From positions 1 through 45,959 of the forward strand of contig JAYTRT010000236.1 in the NCBI GenBank assembly GCA_043746045.1: DNA of 45,959 nt, given 5' to 3'. The DNA is from Actinomycetota bacterium (GTDB lineage Bacteria; Actinomycetota; Acidimicrobiia; Acidimicrobiales; Ilumatobacteraceae). The notes beneath the pieces are model-generated. The model had not been told where the DNA came from. It was given only the letters and a program-made list of their open reading frames with translations, and made no database searches. Below are positions 1 through 8,419 of this stretch, in pieces. The first letter of the stretch is position 1. Each line of letters starts with the position of its first letter. Made by a program: the position numbers and the translations under genes.

Positions 1-380
1 CCCTGTCGGACGTCTTGGTAGAACGCCGTCCACAGCCCTTCGTTGTAATAGGTGAACACCCTGCTCGAGCCGCGTTCGGTCAACACATCGGCCAGCAGGC
101 CCGACCATCGAGTGCTCTGCAGCAGATCGCTCGTGCGGTGGATGCGGTCGTGATCCTCGCGAAACAAGAAGTACGACCCGTACGACGACACCTTTGCGAT
201 GACGCTCCAGGAGTCGTCGAGGTGCAGACGGTAGACCCGATTGGTCGACACCTTGGCGCTCACTTCGACCACGTTGACGATGACGCGAGAGTCGCCGTAT
301 GCCCGCCACGCGTCGTGCAGATGCCCGTCGTATTTCGCGTCCAGCACCCTCACTGCCTGCGGATGCTGGTGCTGCGTCAT
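1..380 (-). CDS. hypothetical protein, N-terminal part (possibly APH/phosphotransferase-like kinase fold); 3' end lies beyond the window start
   Basis: Absent from the ORF track because it runs off the window. ATG at 380-378 (minus) opens MTQHQHPQAVRVLDAKYDGHLHDAWRAYGDSRVIVNVVEVSAKVSTNRVYRLHLDDSWSVIAKVSSYGSYF... with no stop down to position 1. Composition is protein-like, whereas the overlapping + ORF 15..563 is Arg/Pro/Gly-rich off-frame noise. The family guess is weak. Confidence 0.45.
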   Translation of the reverse strand, partial: MTQHQHPQAVRVLDAKYDGHLHDAWRAYGDSRVIVNVVEVSAKVSTNRVYRLHLDDSWSVIAKVSSYGSYFLFREDHDRIHRTSDLLQSTRWSGLLADVLTERGSSRVFTYYNEGLWTAFYQDVRQ

Positions 381-393
381 CGCCTCAGCCTAG

Positions 394-1059
394 GTGTCGA
401 TGTTCGTTGCCCAGGTCAGTGCTTTCTCGAAGCGGGCCCTAGTCTTGGCCGCAGTGGACGCCGCCGTGCTCATACCGGTCAAGGACTTCCGGCAGGCCAA
501 AGCTCGGTTGGCCGGCGTGTTGTCCGCAGCCGACCGCATCCGCCTCGCCCGTTGGACCGCTGAACTGGTCGTCGCGTCGGCGGCCCCGCTGCCGGTTTTC
601 GTGGCGTGCGACGATCGGGATGTCGCCGACTGGGCCGAGTCGGTCGGCGCCGCCGTGCTGTGGCGTCCGAGCGTCGGCCTGAACGCAGCGGTGCTCGACG
701 GCATCGAGCGGCTCGGGGACGCCGGCATCGAACACGCCATCGTCGCCCACAGCGATCTACCGATGCGCGCCCCGTTGGCCGGGGTGGTGATGATCGGTGG
801 CATCGTGCTGGTTCCCGATGGTCGATCGGACGGCACGAACGTGCTGGCGGTACCGACCCACAGCGGCTTTCGACCGTCGTACGGATCGCAGTCGTTCCAT
901 CGCCATCTCGCCCACGCGCTCGAGCTCGGCCTGCCGGTACGCGTGCGGCGCGATCCGTTGCTCGCCCTCGACATCGACACACCATCCGATCTCGCCCATC
1001 CACTGATTGCAAAGGCGTTGCCGACATGGCTGCGAACGAACCCGGTCAACCGCCTGTGA
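394..1059 (+). CDS. cofC: 2-phospho-L-lactate (phosphoenolpyruvate) guanylyltransferase, F420 biosynthesis (CofC/FbiD)
   Basis: The 221 aa product has the family hallmarks AVLIPVKDFRQAKARL near the N-terminus, HSDLP, GTN and DIDTPSDL. Size is right for CofC. The exact start is uncertain. Confidence 0.8.
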   Translation: MSMFVAQVSAFSKRALVLAAVDAAVLIPVKDFRQAKARLAGVLSAADRIRLARWTAELVVASAAPLPVFVACDDRDVADWAESVGAAVLWRPSVGLNAAVLDGIERLGDAGIEHAIVAHSDLPMRAPLAGVVMIGGIVLVPDGRSDGTNVLAVPTHSGFRPSYGSQSFHRHLAHALELGLPVRVRRDPLLALDIDTPSDLAHPLIAKALPTWLRTNPVNRL

Positions 1060-1799
1060 CCAACGATGCGTGGACGGTGAATCTGCCGACGCCATTGGTT
1101 GCCTTGGCCATCGCTGCCCATCCTGACGACGTCGAGTTCGGCGCCGGCGGAACCCTCGCCAAATGGGCCGATGACGGATGCATCGTCCATCATCTAGTCC
1201 TCACCGACGGGTCGAAGGGCACATGGAACCCTGACGCCGACATCGACGCGCTGAGAATCGCCCGTCAGCGCGAGCAGCGCGAGGCTGCCCGGCGCATCTC
1301 GGGCAATCAGGCGCGGGGCGGCACGGTGACGTTCCTCGGACAGATCGATGGTGAGCTCGACAGCTCGGTCGCGATGCGCGGTGAGGTCGCGCGCTGCATC
1401 CGGACGGTTCGGCCGGATGTCGTCCTCGGCCACGATCCATGGAAGCGATACCGGTTGCATCCGGATCATCGCCACGCCGGTTTGCTCGCGTGCGAAGGAA
1501 TCGTTGCTGCTCGTGATCCGTTCTTCTTCCGCGAACAGGGACTCGCCCCCCATCGCCCGTCGTCGTTGCTGCTGTGGGAGGCCGATCAACCCGATCATGC
1601 CGAAGACGTTTTCGATTTCATCGACATCAAATTGCATGCACTCGAGGCGCACACATCGCAATTCGAGACGACGATGCGCGCTGCCTCCGACAGCGATCTC
1701 GGCCCGTTCCGGCAACGAATCACGGCGCGTCTCGTCGAACTCGGTGAGGCCAACGGCCTCCGGGCTTCCGAGGTCTTCAAACGCATCGACGATCTCTGA
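1026..1799 (+). CDS. PIG-L/LmbE family N-acetylglucosaminyl deacetylase
   Basis: Inner start of track ORF 606..1799, whose upstream part is off-frame noise over cofC. Carries the AHPDDVEFGAGGT and HPDHRH motifs typical of LmbE/MshB-type deacetylases. An alternative GTG at 1056 would make a GTGA overlap with the cofC stop. Confidence 0.8.
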   Translation: MAANEPGQPPVTNDAWTVNLPTPLVALAIAAHPDDVEFGAGGTLAKWADDGCIVHHLVLTDGSKGTWNPDADIDALRIARQREQREAARRISGNQARGGTVTFLGQIDGELDSSVAMRGEVARCIRTVRPDVVLGHDPWKRYRLHPDHRHAGLLACEGIVAARDPFFFREQGLAPHRPSSLLLWEADQPDHAEDVFDFIDIKLHALEAHTSQFETTMRAASDSDLGPFRQRITARLVELGEANGLRASEVFKRIDDL

Positions 1800-2683
1800 T
1801 GGCTGTTCTTCGCCATCTCGCCCGCACCGCGTCGCCCGCCGATGTGCTCGAAGGTCTCGCTGCGGACGGTGCGGTGATCATCGACGATCTCGTCGATCCG
1901 ACCACCCTCTCCGAATTTCGTGCTGACATGGAACGTGCGGCGGCCAGAATCGACGCCGGTACGCGGAGCCGTCTGGACACCGTTGCTGCATTCTGGGGCA
2001 CCCGGACCAAGCGCTTCACACGCCTCGCGATTCGTAGCGACGCGTTCGTCGACATCCTTCTCGATCCGGTCCTGCTGGCCGTGTCCGACGCGCTCCTGCT
2101 GCCGAACTGTTCCACCTACTGGATGAACACGGGACAGATGATGATCGTCGGTCCCGGCGAGTCCGCTCAGACTCTCCACCGCGACGCTGACAACTGGCGG
2201 ACGATGAACCGTCACGATGGCTTCGAAGTGACGGTCGGCTGCATGATCGCGATCAGTGATTTCACAGAGGAACAGGGTGCGACGCGTGTCGTTCCCGGCA
2301 GTAACCGATGGACGGATTTCGGGCGTCGGCCGAACATCGACGAGATCAGTCCGGCAGTGATGCGTGCCGGGAGCGGCATGATCTACACCGGACGCGCCCT
2401 GCACGGTGCGGGGGCGAACGTGAGCACCGATGGATGGCGGTACGGCCTGCACGTCTCGTACGTGCTCGGCTGGTTGACACCGGAGGAGGCCGGGCCGCTC
2501 GGTGTCGACTGGTCCACTGCGTCGAGACTTCCCGAGCGCGCTCAGCAGCTCCTCGGATGGCGTTGCTACGCCGCCGGGGGCACCGACTCGACCCGCCTGT
2601 GGACTGTCGACTACGAGGATGTTCCCGTCGGCCTGGGGCTGATCACGGCTGCACCGCCGACCGGCGGCACAGACATCGCCTAG
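1799..2683 (+). CDS. phytanoyl-CoA dioxygenase (PhyH) family Fe(II)/2-oxoglutarate oxygenase
   Basis: 294 aa. LHRDADNW (HxD) and a distal ALHGAG His fit the PhyH facial triad. TGATG overlap with the upstream PIG-L stop. Confidence 0.8.
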   Translation: MAVLRHLARTASPADVLEGLAADGAVIIDDLVDPTTLSEFRADMERAAARIDAGTRSRLDTVAAFWGTRTKRFTRLAIRSDAFVDILLDPVLLAVSDALLLPNCSTYWMNTGQMMIVGPGESAQTLHRDADNWRTMNRHDGFEVTVGCMIAISDFTEEQGATRVVPGSNRWTDFGRRPNIDEISPAVMRAGSGMIYTGRALHGAGANVSTDGWRYGLHVSYVLGWLTPEEAGPLGVDWSTASRLPERAQQLLGWRCYAAGGTDSTRLWTVDYEDVPVGLGLITAAPPTGGTDIA

Positions 2684-2689
2684 ACAAAC

Positions 2690-2719
2690 ACGAACGGGGG
2701 GCCGAAGCCCCCCGTTCGT
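2690..2719. terminator. bidirectional intrinsic terminator hairpin between convergent genes
   Basis: Perfect 12 bp GC-rich stem ACGAACGGGGGG / CCCCCCGTTCGT with loop CCGAAG. It lies 7 nt after the PhyH stop and 26 nt after the minus-strand Lys/Ala-rich gene stop. Confidence 0.65.
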
Positions 2720-2745
2720 CGCGCTCCCTCACCGAAGGTAAGGAA

Positions 2746-3117
2746 CTACTTCTTTGTTGACTTCTTGGCCGGAGCCGCCTTGGCGACCGCTGCCTTCTTG
2801 GCTGGTGCCGCCTTCTTGGCCGGAGCCGCCTTCGCAACAGCTGCTTTCTTGGCCGGAGCCGCCTTGGCGACCGCTGCCTTCTTCGCAGGAGCCGCCTTGG
2901 CGACCGCTGCCTTCTTCGCAGGAGCCGCCTTCTTGGCTGGTGCCGCCTTCTTGGCCGGAGCCGCCTTCGCAACAGCTGCTTTCTTGGCCGGAGCCGCCTT
3001 CTTGGCTGGTGCTGCCTTCTTGGCCGGAGCCGCCTTGGCGACCGCTGCCTTCTTCGCAGGAGCCGCCTTCTTGGCTGGTGCCGCTTTCTTCGCCGGGGCT
3101 TTCTTCGTTGCTGCCAC
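2746..3117 (-). CDS. Lys/Ala-rich histone H1-like repetitive protein (stand-alone counterpart of the actinobacterial HU C-terminal tail)
   Basis: 123 aa built almost entirely of AAPAKK and AAVAK units. GTG start preceded by GAAAGGAAGAGAC (SD-like). Lies directly downstream of the HU gene. The alternative frames (2643..2972, 2754..3560, 2765..3163) are artefacts of the same repeat. Confidence 0.7.
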   Translation of the reverse strand: MAATKKAPAKKAAPAKKAAPAKKAAVAKAAPAKKAAPAKKAAPAKKAAVAKAAPAKKAAPAKKAAPAKKAAVAKAAPAKKAAVAKAAPAKKAAVAKAAPAKKAAPAKKAAVAKAAPAKKSTKK

Positions 3118-3143
3118 GTCTCTTCCTTTCTCGTTACCTGTGT

Positions 3144-3428
3144 CTATTTCTTGGATGGGTTGAGTGCGGCTTTGAGCGTGGAGCTCGCCGTGAACTTCAT
3201 GGTCTTCGACGCCTTGATCTTCACCGGCTCACCGGTCTGTGGGTTACGGCCGACTCGTGCGGCGCGCTTGCCAGTGCTGAACGAGCCGAAGCCCGGCCAA
3301 GCGATCTTGTCGTCTTTCTTCGCCGACGCAACCACTTGGTCGAAGAAAGCACCGATCGTGCGCTCGGCATCAGCCTTGCTCACGTTCGCTTTCGCGGCCA
3401 CTGCATCAATCATTTCTGCTTTTGTCAT
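3144..3428 (-). CDS. hup: HU family nucleoid-associated DNA-binding protein
   Basis: 94 aa, MTKAEMIDAVA..., with GFGSF and RNPQTGEPVKI arm motifs. Strong SD GAGGAGAAA upstream of the ATG. The upstream region is AT-richer. Confidence 0.92.
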   Translation of the reverse strand: MTKAEMIDAVAAKANVSKADAERTIGAFFDQVVASAKKDDKIAWPGFGSFSTGKRAARVGRNPQTGEPVKIKASKTMKFTASSTLKAALNPSKK

Positions 3429-3556
3429 TTTTCTGATTTCTCCTCGGTTAACGGAGCATTACGCAGAGCACATCGAACAGGTTCGATGCCCGGATTACAA
3501 GTACCCAGATATTTGCAAATGCAACTAACGAAAAAGAGTTTGCCCACGTCAGCGGC

Positions 3557-4270
3557 TTGAGGTTCACTGCGTTGATGTCTGCTGTCGAACATTGGCCTCT
3601 GTTCGGACTCCGTGTCCGAACACCACGCGTCGAACTGTGTTACCCGAACGACGAACAGATCGCCGAAATCGCGTCACGCGCAGTCCGAGACGGTGTGCAC
3701 GATCCGGCCTTCATGCCGTTCACGATCGAGTGGACCGACGTCCCTGCGCCGCTCCAACAGCGACTCACGATGCAGCATCACTGGAGCGTGCGCGCGACTT
3801 GGACGCCCCGCGATTGGACGTGCAATTTCATCGTGCTCGTGGATGACCGGATCGTTGGTTCACAATCGGCAGCAGCCAAGGAATTCGCTCTCCTGCGATC
3901 GCCGCTCACCGGTTCGTACCTCTTCGCCCCGGAGCAGGGCAGAGGCATCGGGACCGAGATGCGCTCGGCAGTGCTGCACCTGTTGTTCGCCGGGCTGGGA
4001 GCCGACTACGCGCACACCGCAGCCTGGTCGGACAATGCGGCGTCGTTGGGAGTCACTCGGCGTCTCGGCTACGAATACCAGGGCACGCGACGGATGTCGA
4101 GTCGCGGGACCGCACGTGATCACCTCGACTTCCGGCTCACTCGTGAGGTGTGGGCGCGCACGCGCCGCGATGACATCGTCATCGAAGGGTTGACGCCGTG
4201 CCTCGACCTGTTCGGCGTCGCGGATGCTGGTGAACCTGGCAGCGACCCGCGCCCACCCTCGGAAATCTGA
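3557..4270 (+). CDS. GNAT family N-acetyltransferase (RimJ/RimL-like)
   Basis: Acetyl-CoA motif QGRGIGTEM, then NxxSxxVxxRLGY-like NAASLGVTRRLGYEYQG. The start could instead be the ATG at 3575. Confidence 0.75.
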   Translation: MRFTALMSAVEHWPLFGLRVRTPRVELCYPNDEQIAEIASRAVRDGVHDPAFMPFTIEWTDVPAPLQQRLTMQHHWSVRATWTPRDWTCNFIVLVDDRIVGSQSAAAKEFALLRSPLTGSYLFAPEQGRGIGTEMRSAVLHLLFAGLGADYAHTAAWSDNAASLGVTRRLGYEYQGTRRMSSRGTARDHLDFRLTREVWARTRRDDIVIEGLTPCLDLFGVADAGEPGSDPRPPSEI

Positions 4271-4345
4271 TTCATATGCTGTTCATCGAATAGTCCACCA
4301 CCTCGGTGGGCAGAGGAGCTATATCTCTTACTCGTTGGAACGCCT

Positions 4346-5764
4346 ATGTATTCCGAAGGGGTGTCGGTGACCGATCTCGTACCGGTTCGTGCTGTCCTGT
4401 TGTCCGACGACCAGAGGACCGTGCTGAGAACACGGTTCGTGATCGACACATCCGTGCTCATCGCCGATCCGGGGTGTGTCACGGGTTTCGGTGACGTGGA
4501 CGTCGTGATTCCGCTGACGGTCATCGAGGAGCTCGACGGCTTGAAAAGCCGGCCGGACGATGTGGGTCGAGCGGCACGTACTGCCCTCCGCACGATCGAG
4601 GACCTTCGCGTACGCAACGGAGGCTCCTTGGCCGAGCCGGTACCGATCGGCGGCGGTTCGGGAACACTGCGGATAGAGATCAACGGCGTCCAGAAGCACC
4701 TGTTGATCGAGCACGGCCTCGATGCGTCCAAGCCCGACAATCGGATCATCGGTGCTGCGTTGGGTCAGGCCAACTACGCCCCCACCCGAATGGTGTCCAA
4801 CGACGCCGCGCTGAGGATCAAGGCCGCTCATCTCGGGATCGAGGCGACGGAGCATCACCCTGCCGGGCGCGCGATGAACACTCGGCCGGTCGGATGGATC
4901 ACCGTCCAGGCCGAGCACGAGCAGATCGATCGTCTCTATGCCGATGGCCAGATCCCGGTCGACGAGGTCGGGTCCGACGATGCCGACACCACTGCAGCCG
5001 TGGACGGTCTGCACGAGAACGGCTTTGCGATCCTCCGGTCGGGATCACAGTCGGCGCTCGTTCGCCGACGCAACGACGAGTTCCAGCTCCTCGGCCACAG
5101 TGCGCCGGAAGCATGGGGACTGCGGTCGCGCTCGAAGGAGCAGCGCTTCGCCCTCGAACTGTTGATGGATCCGGCTGTCAGCGTCGTCGCGCTCGATGGC
5201 CGGGCGGGCACAGGCAAGACCTTGATGGCGATTGCCGCAGGACTCGAACTGGTCGTCGAACGGCGGGCGTTCGAGCGATTGGCGATCTACCGACCGCTCG
5301 TTCCAGTTGGTCGAGCAGACGTCGGCTTCCTACCGGGCGGTCTCGACGAGAAGCTCGACCCGTGGATGTCAGCGATCCATGATTCCATCGTCGCTCTCAC
5401 CGATCAGCGCAACAGTCGCGACGCGCGAACCCTGATGGAAGAACTGACGAGCCGGAACCAGTTGTCACTCGAGTCAGTCACCTTCCTGCGTGGTCGGTCG
5501 TTGCATCGGCAATTCGTTGTGGTCGACGAAGCGCAGAACCTCGAGCCGACGACGTTGAAGACGATCCTGACCCGGATCGGCGACGGCACCAAAGTCGTTT
5601 TCACCGGTGACACCAGCCAGATCGACGCGCCGTACATGGGCGAATCGAACAATGCGTTGGCCGTGCTGATCCAGGCCTTCGCCGGCCAGAGCTGCTTCGG
5701 CCACGTGACCCTGTCTGCGTGCGAACGTAGCGAGGTCGCCAGCCTCGCTGCGGAGCTGCTGTAG
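4346..5764 (+). CDS. phoH2: PhoH2-type protein: N-terminal PIN nuclease domain fused to PhoH-like ATPase
   Basis: PIN motifs VIDTSVLI, IPLTVIEELD and DNRIIGAAL. PhoH part has Walker A GRAGTGKT and Walker B VVDEAQN. The start is uncertain; in-frame GTGs at 4367 and 4421 are alternatives. Confidence 0.85.
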   Translation: MYSEGVSVTDLVPVRAVLLSDDQRTVLRTRFVIDTSVLIADPGCVTGFGDVDVVIPLTVIEELDGLKSRPDDVGRAARTALRTIEDLRVRNGGSLAEPVPIGGGSGTLRIEINGVQKHLLIEHGLDASKPDNRIIGAALGQANYAPTRMVSNDAALRIKAAHLGIEATEHHPAGRAMNTRPVGWITVQAEHEQIDRLYADGQIPVDEVGSDDADTTAAVDGLHENGFAILRSGSQSALVRRRNDEFQLLGHSAPEAWGLRSRSKEQRFALELLMDPAVSVVALDGRAGTGKTLMAIAAGLELVVERRAFERLAIYRPLVPVGRADVGFLPGGLDEKLDPWMSAIHDSIVALTDQRNSRDARTLMEELTSRNQLSLESVTFLRGRSLHRQFVVVDEAQNLEPTTLKTILTRIGDGTKVVFTGDTSQIDAPYMGESNNALAVLIQAFAGQSCFGHVTLSACERSEVASLAAELL

Positions 5765-5787
5765 TCACCGGTCGCGCACCCTTCGCG

Positions 5788-5800
5788 TAGGGTGAACCCA
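5788..5800 (+). promoter_or_regulatory. candidate -10 box (TAGGGT) giving a leaderless transcript for the exonuclease gene
   Basis: TANNNT-type hexamer at 5788-5793 lies 6 nt before the ATG at 5800 and no SD is present. This pattern is typical of actinobacterial leaderless mRNAs. Inference only. Confidence 0.3.
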
Positions 5801-6393
5801 TGGATCCGGCAGCCGCTCCCACGAGCGTCCAGAGTGATCTGCGCTTTGCCGTGGTGGACGTCGAAACGTCGGGATTGTCCACCGGACGGCATCGCGTCCT
5901 GCAGGTCGCTGTCGTCACCGTCGACAGCCACGGCACGGTCATCGATCGTTGGTCCAGCCTGATCCGTCCACGCAACCGGCTGTTCTTCCGCATCGGGCCG
6001 CGCCACATCCATGGCCTGACCCGCGCCGAACTGCGCGCTGCGCCGAAGGCGGCCGACGTCCTCGCCGAACTCGGCGAGCGCCTGCGGGGCAGCACCTTCA
6101 CCGCCCACAACGCCAAGTTCGACGCCGCGTTCTTGCGCGAGATGGCGGCTCGGGTACCGATCACGCTCGCCCTCACGCCTCAGCTGTGCACCCTTCGGCT
6201 GTCGCGCAAGCTCGACCCCGAGCGAAAATTGTCACACCGCCTCGCCGACGTCACGGCCCGCTACGGCGTCAACAACGAGCGACCGCACGATGCTCTCGAG
6301 GACGCCCTGGCAACCGCTGCAGTGCTGCCGTTCCTGCTTCGAGCCCACGGCATCAGCACCAGCGATCAGCTCTCCGAGCTGACGGACAACTGA
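5800..6393 (+). CDS. DEDDh 3'-5' exonuclease (DnaQ/epsilon-like)
   Basis: Exo motifs VVDVETSG, HNAKFDAAFL and HDALEDA are present in the correct order in a 197 aa product. Confidence 0.82.
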   Translation: MDPAAAPTSVQSDLRFAVVDVETSGLSTGRHRVLQVAVVTVDSHGTVIDRWSSLIRPRNRLFFRIGPRHIHGLTRAELRAAPKAADVLAELGERLRGSTFTAHNAKFDAAFLREMAARVPITLALTPQLCTLRLSRKLDPERKLSHRLADVTARYGVNNERPHDALEDALATAAVLPFLLRAHGISTSDQLSELTDN

Positions 6394-7346
6394 CCCGCTG
6401 CGGTGGCCCCGTAGCGGCCCAGAACTGATCGAGCCGAGTCGGCGGCCAGTGTGGCCCATCGTGTCGGAGCCACGACCACGGCGCGTTGACCGAGCCGCAG
6501 GAGGAGTCGCGCCAACCACTGTTCGCTGACCACCGGCATCACCACGATCGCGATCGTCGTGTCGTTCGGATCCGCGCTCAGCGAGTCCACGGGGTAGCGC
6601 TCGATCATCCACGTCAGTTCGCTCGGCATCCGCAATGTCACGCGTTCGATGTCGGAGTCGTCGGCGAACCAGCGGGCCGTGTCGGGCAACTGCACATCAC
6701 GGAGCGGGTCGACCACGCCGGTTGCGCTTGCGTCGAGAATGCGGTCGATACGGAACGAACGCTCACTGCCGGATCGGTGGTCGTCGGCGAACACGTACCA
6801 GTGGCCGGCATCCGCGAACACCGCTCGTGGCGTGATCTCGCGCTCGGTCGATTCATCACGCGATGGCGTCCAGTACGTGATCCGCAGCCGCCGGCCGGCG
6901 ACCGCGGCAGCGACGACCTGATCGGCCATCGGCGGACGTTCGAGATCGACCACGACGCCGTCCTCACCGAGCGCGGCGGCCAACTTGTCGAGCGCTCGCC
7001 CGAGCGGGCCGGCCGGTTCCGCGCCGGGCAGCGCCATTGCGGCCCGACCGGCCGTCAACAGCGCAAAACCTTCCGGAGCCGTCAGCCGTAAGGGCTTGGT
7101 GAACACCCGAGGTATGCCCGTACACACCATGCCCTCGTCGATGAAGACGTCGATCATCTCGTCGACGAATGGGGGGAGCCCGCACATCGAAGCCAATTCC
7201 AGATCGGCGACGACTTCGCCCGCCGACAGCGCGAAGTGCTCGGCCATCTCGACGATCGACACCTCACCACGCTCCATCAGCCAGGGCAGCATCACCAGCA
7301 GACGGCGCAGGCGCTCCGGTGCCGGGCGTGGGCCACGACGGCTCAT
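6366..7346 (-). CDS. pafC: HTH-WYL domain transcriptional regulator, PafC-like
   Basis: Inner ATG of track ORF 6366..7544 (MSRRGPRPAPERLRRLLVMLPWL...). ATGA overlap with the upstream paralogous gene. Carries a WYL-type core (AGHWYVFADDHRSG). The N-terminal extension in the track is an alternate frame of a tandem repeat. Confidence 0.75.
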   Translation of the reverse strand: MSRRGPRPAPERLRRLLVMLPWLMERGEVSIVEMAEHFALSAGEVVADLELASMCGLPPFVDEMIDVFIDEGMVCTGIPRVFTKPLRLTAPEGFALLTAGRAAMALPGAEPAGPLGRALDKLAAALGEDGVVVDLERPPMADQVVAAAVAGRRLRITYWTPSRDESTEREITPRAVFADAGHWYVFADDHRSGSERSFRIDRILDASATGVVDPLRDVQLPDTARWFADDSDIERVTLRMPSELTWMIERYPVDSLSADPNDTTIAIVVMPVVSEQWLARLLLRLGQRAVVVAPTRWATLAADSARSVLGRYGATAAGQLSVSSES

Positions 7347-8377
7347 CGGGCCGCCACGTCCGTCCTGCCCGACGAGATGATGTCCCCCGACGAGATGATG
7401 TCGTTCGACGAGATGATGTCGCCCGACGAGATGATGTCGGTCAGCCAATCGACGACCTCGACCCGTACGTCGTCGGGGCTGATCACCACGGCATGATCCG
7501 TCAACCCGAGCAACCACGACCGGAACGCATCGCGATTCACGCACGGCACTTCGACGTCGATGGAACCATCGGCCGAACGAGCGACGACGGCCGCGTCGCC
7601 GACCTCGCCGGCGACGAGTGCTGCTCGGGTCGCATCGATGCGCACAACGGCGCGACTGATCTCGTTCTCGGGCTCGCCCAGCAACTTCGGATCCGAAGGG
7701 AACACCGCGCGGATGTCGAAATCGTCCGGCCGGTTGAACGCGCCGCCGTCGCCGGCCTCGACCTTGCCGTCGATGCGGTCGACGCGATAGGTGCGTACTG
7801 CGTCGTGTGCATGGTCGTGTCCGATGACGTACCAGTAGCCGTCGCGCAGCAGAAGACCATATGGATCCAACACACGGCCAGCGTCGCGATACCGGAACTG
7901 AACGCTGGACTTCGACGCGATCGCTTCACGAAGCGGGGGCAACGACTCGAACGTCGGCACGGTGGCGGCAACAGCCCGCGACGGCCGCTCGCCCCCTGCG
8001 CCGAGCTTGAGCAGACCCTCCCGACCCCACGATTCGTCCGTGCGCACGGCGGCCACGGCCAGTTGCAGCGCGTGGCGCTCGTCGTCGCTCAACTCGAGGT
8101 CGGCCAGCTCGTAGCGCCGTCGGTCGATCCTGTAAGCGGTCTGGCCTGCCTGATCACCGCCGAGAACCTCCTGATCGATCGGTACCCCGATCTCGCGGAG
8201 CACGGCCTTGTCCCGCTCGAACGCGCCCCGAAGCGCGGGGGCCTTCGGCGGATACTGACCCGCCAACTCACCCGCAATCTGCACCAGTGTCAATGGAACC
8301 TTGGTCTCCAGCAGGAGCGCCAACAGATTCGTCATCCGCTCGAGTGGTTCGGCCATGTGACCCGAGCGTACGGCCAA
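7343..8377 (-). CDS. pafB: HTH-WYL domain transcriptional regulator, PafB-like
   Basis: N-terminal wHTH (ERMTNLLALLLETKVPLTLVQIAGEL) and WYL core (DGYWYVIGHDH). First gene of a translationally coupled pair. Start is either TTG 8377 or ATG 8356. Confidence 0.75.
   Translation of the reverse strand: MAVRSGHMAEPLERMTNLLALLLETKVPLTLVQIAGELAGQYPPKAPALRGAFERDKAVLREIGVPIDQEVLGGDQAGQTAYRIDRRRYELADLELSDDERHALQLAVAAVRTDESWGREGLLKLGAGGERPSRAVAATVPTFESLPPLREAIASKSSVQFRYRDAGRVLDPYGLLLRDGYWYVIGHDHAHDAVRTYRVDRIDGKVEAGDGGAFNRPDDFDIRAVFPSDPKLLGEPENEISRAVVRIDATRAALVAGEVGDAAVVARSADGSIDVEVPCVNRDAFRSWLLGLTDHAVVISPDDVRVEVVDWLTDIISSGDIISSNDIISSGDIISSGRTDVAAR
7370..7441. repeat. 4 x 18 bp in-frame tandem repeat (CGACGAGATGATGTCNNN) encoding (DIISSG/N)4 at the PafB-like C-terminus
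   Basis: Read directly. Units at 7370-7387, 7388-7405, 7406-7423 and 7424-7441 differ only in their last 3 nt. Confidence 0.95.
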
Positions 8378-8419
8378 TCCCTGCTGTGATGACGCGGGCT
8401 GTCATCTCAGGGTGTGAGG

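Noticed and set aside
15-563. 182 aa plus-strand ORF at the window start
   Set aside because: Its composition is Arg/Pro/Gly/His-rich. The minus strand (1..380) gives a far more protein-like open frame with an ATG at 380, and cofC begins at 394.
2643-3560. ORFs 2643..2972(-), 2754..3560(+) and 2765..3163(+) over the Lys/Ala repeat and HU gene
   Set aside because: They are alternate-frame or antisense readings of the GC-rich repeat (poly-RRLRP, poly-WPEPP, poly-AAFLAG). Only the AAPAKK frame has an SD, a plausible start and biological precedent.
4362-4386. TGTCGGTG resembling the upstream half of the mycobacterial PafBC-dependent (RecA-NDp-like) promoter motif, near the PhoH2 start
   Set aside because: The required TANNNT is not present at the expected 8 nt spacing; the nearest candidate is TACCGG. 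The site also lies inside the most likely coding start. It is probably a chance match.
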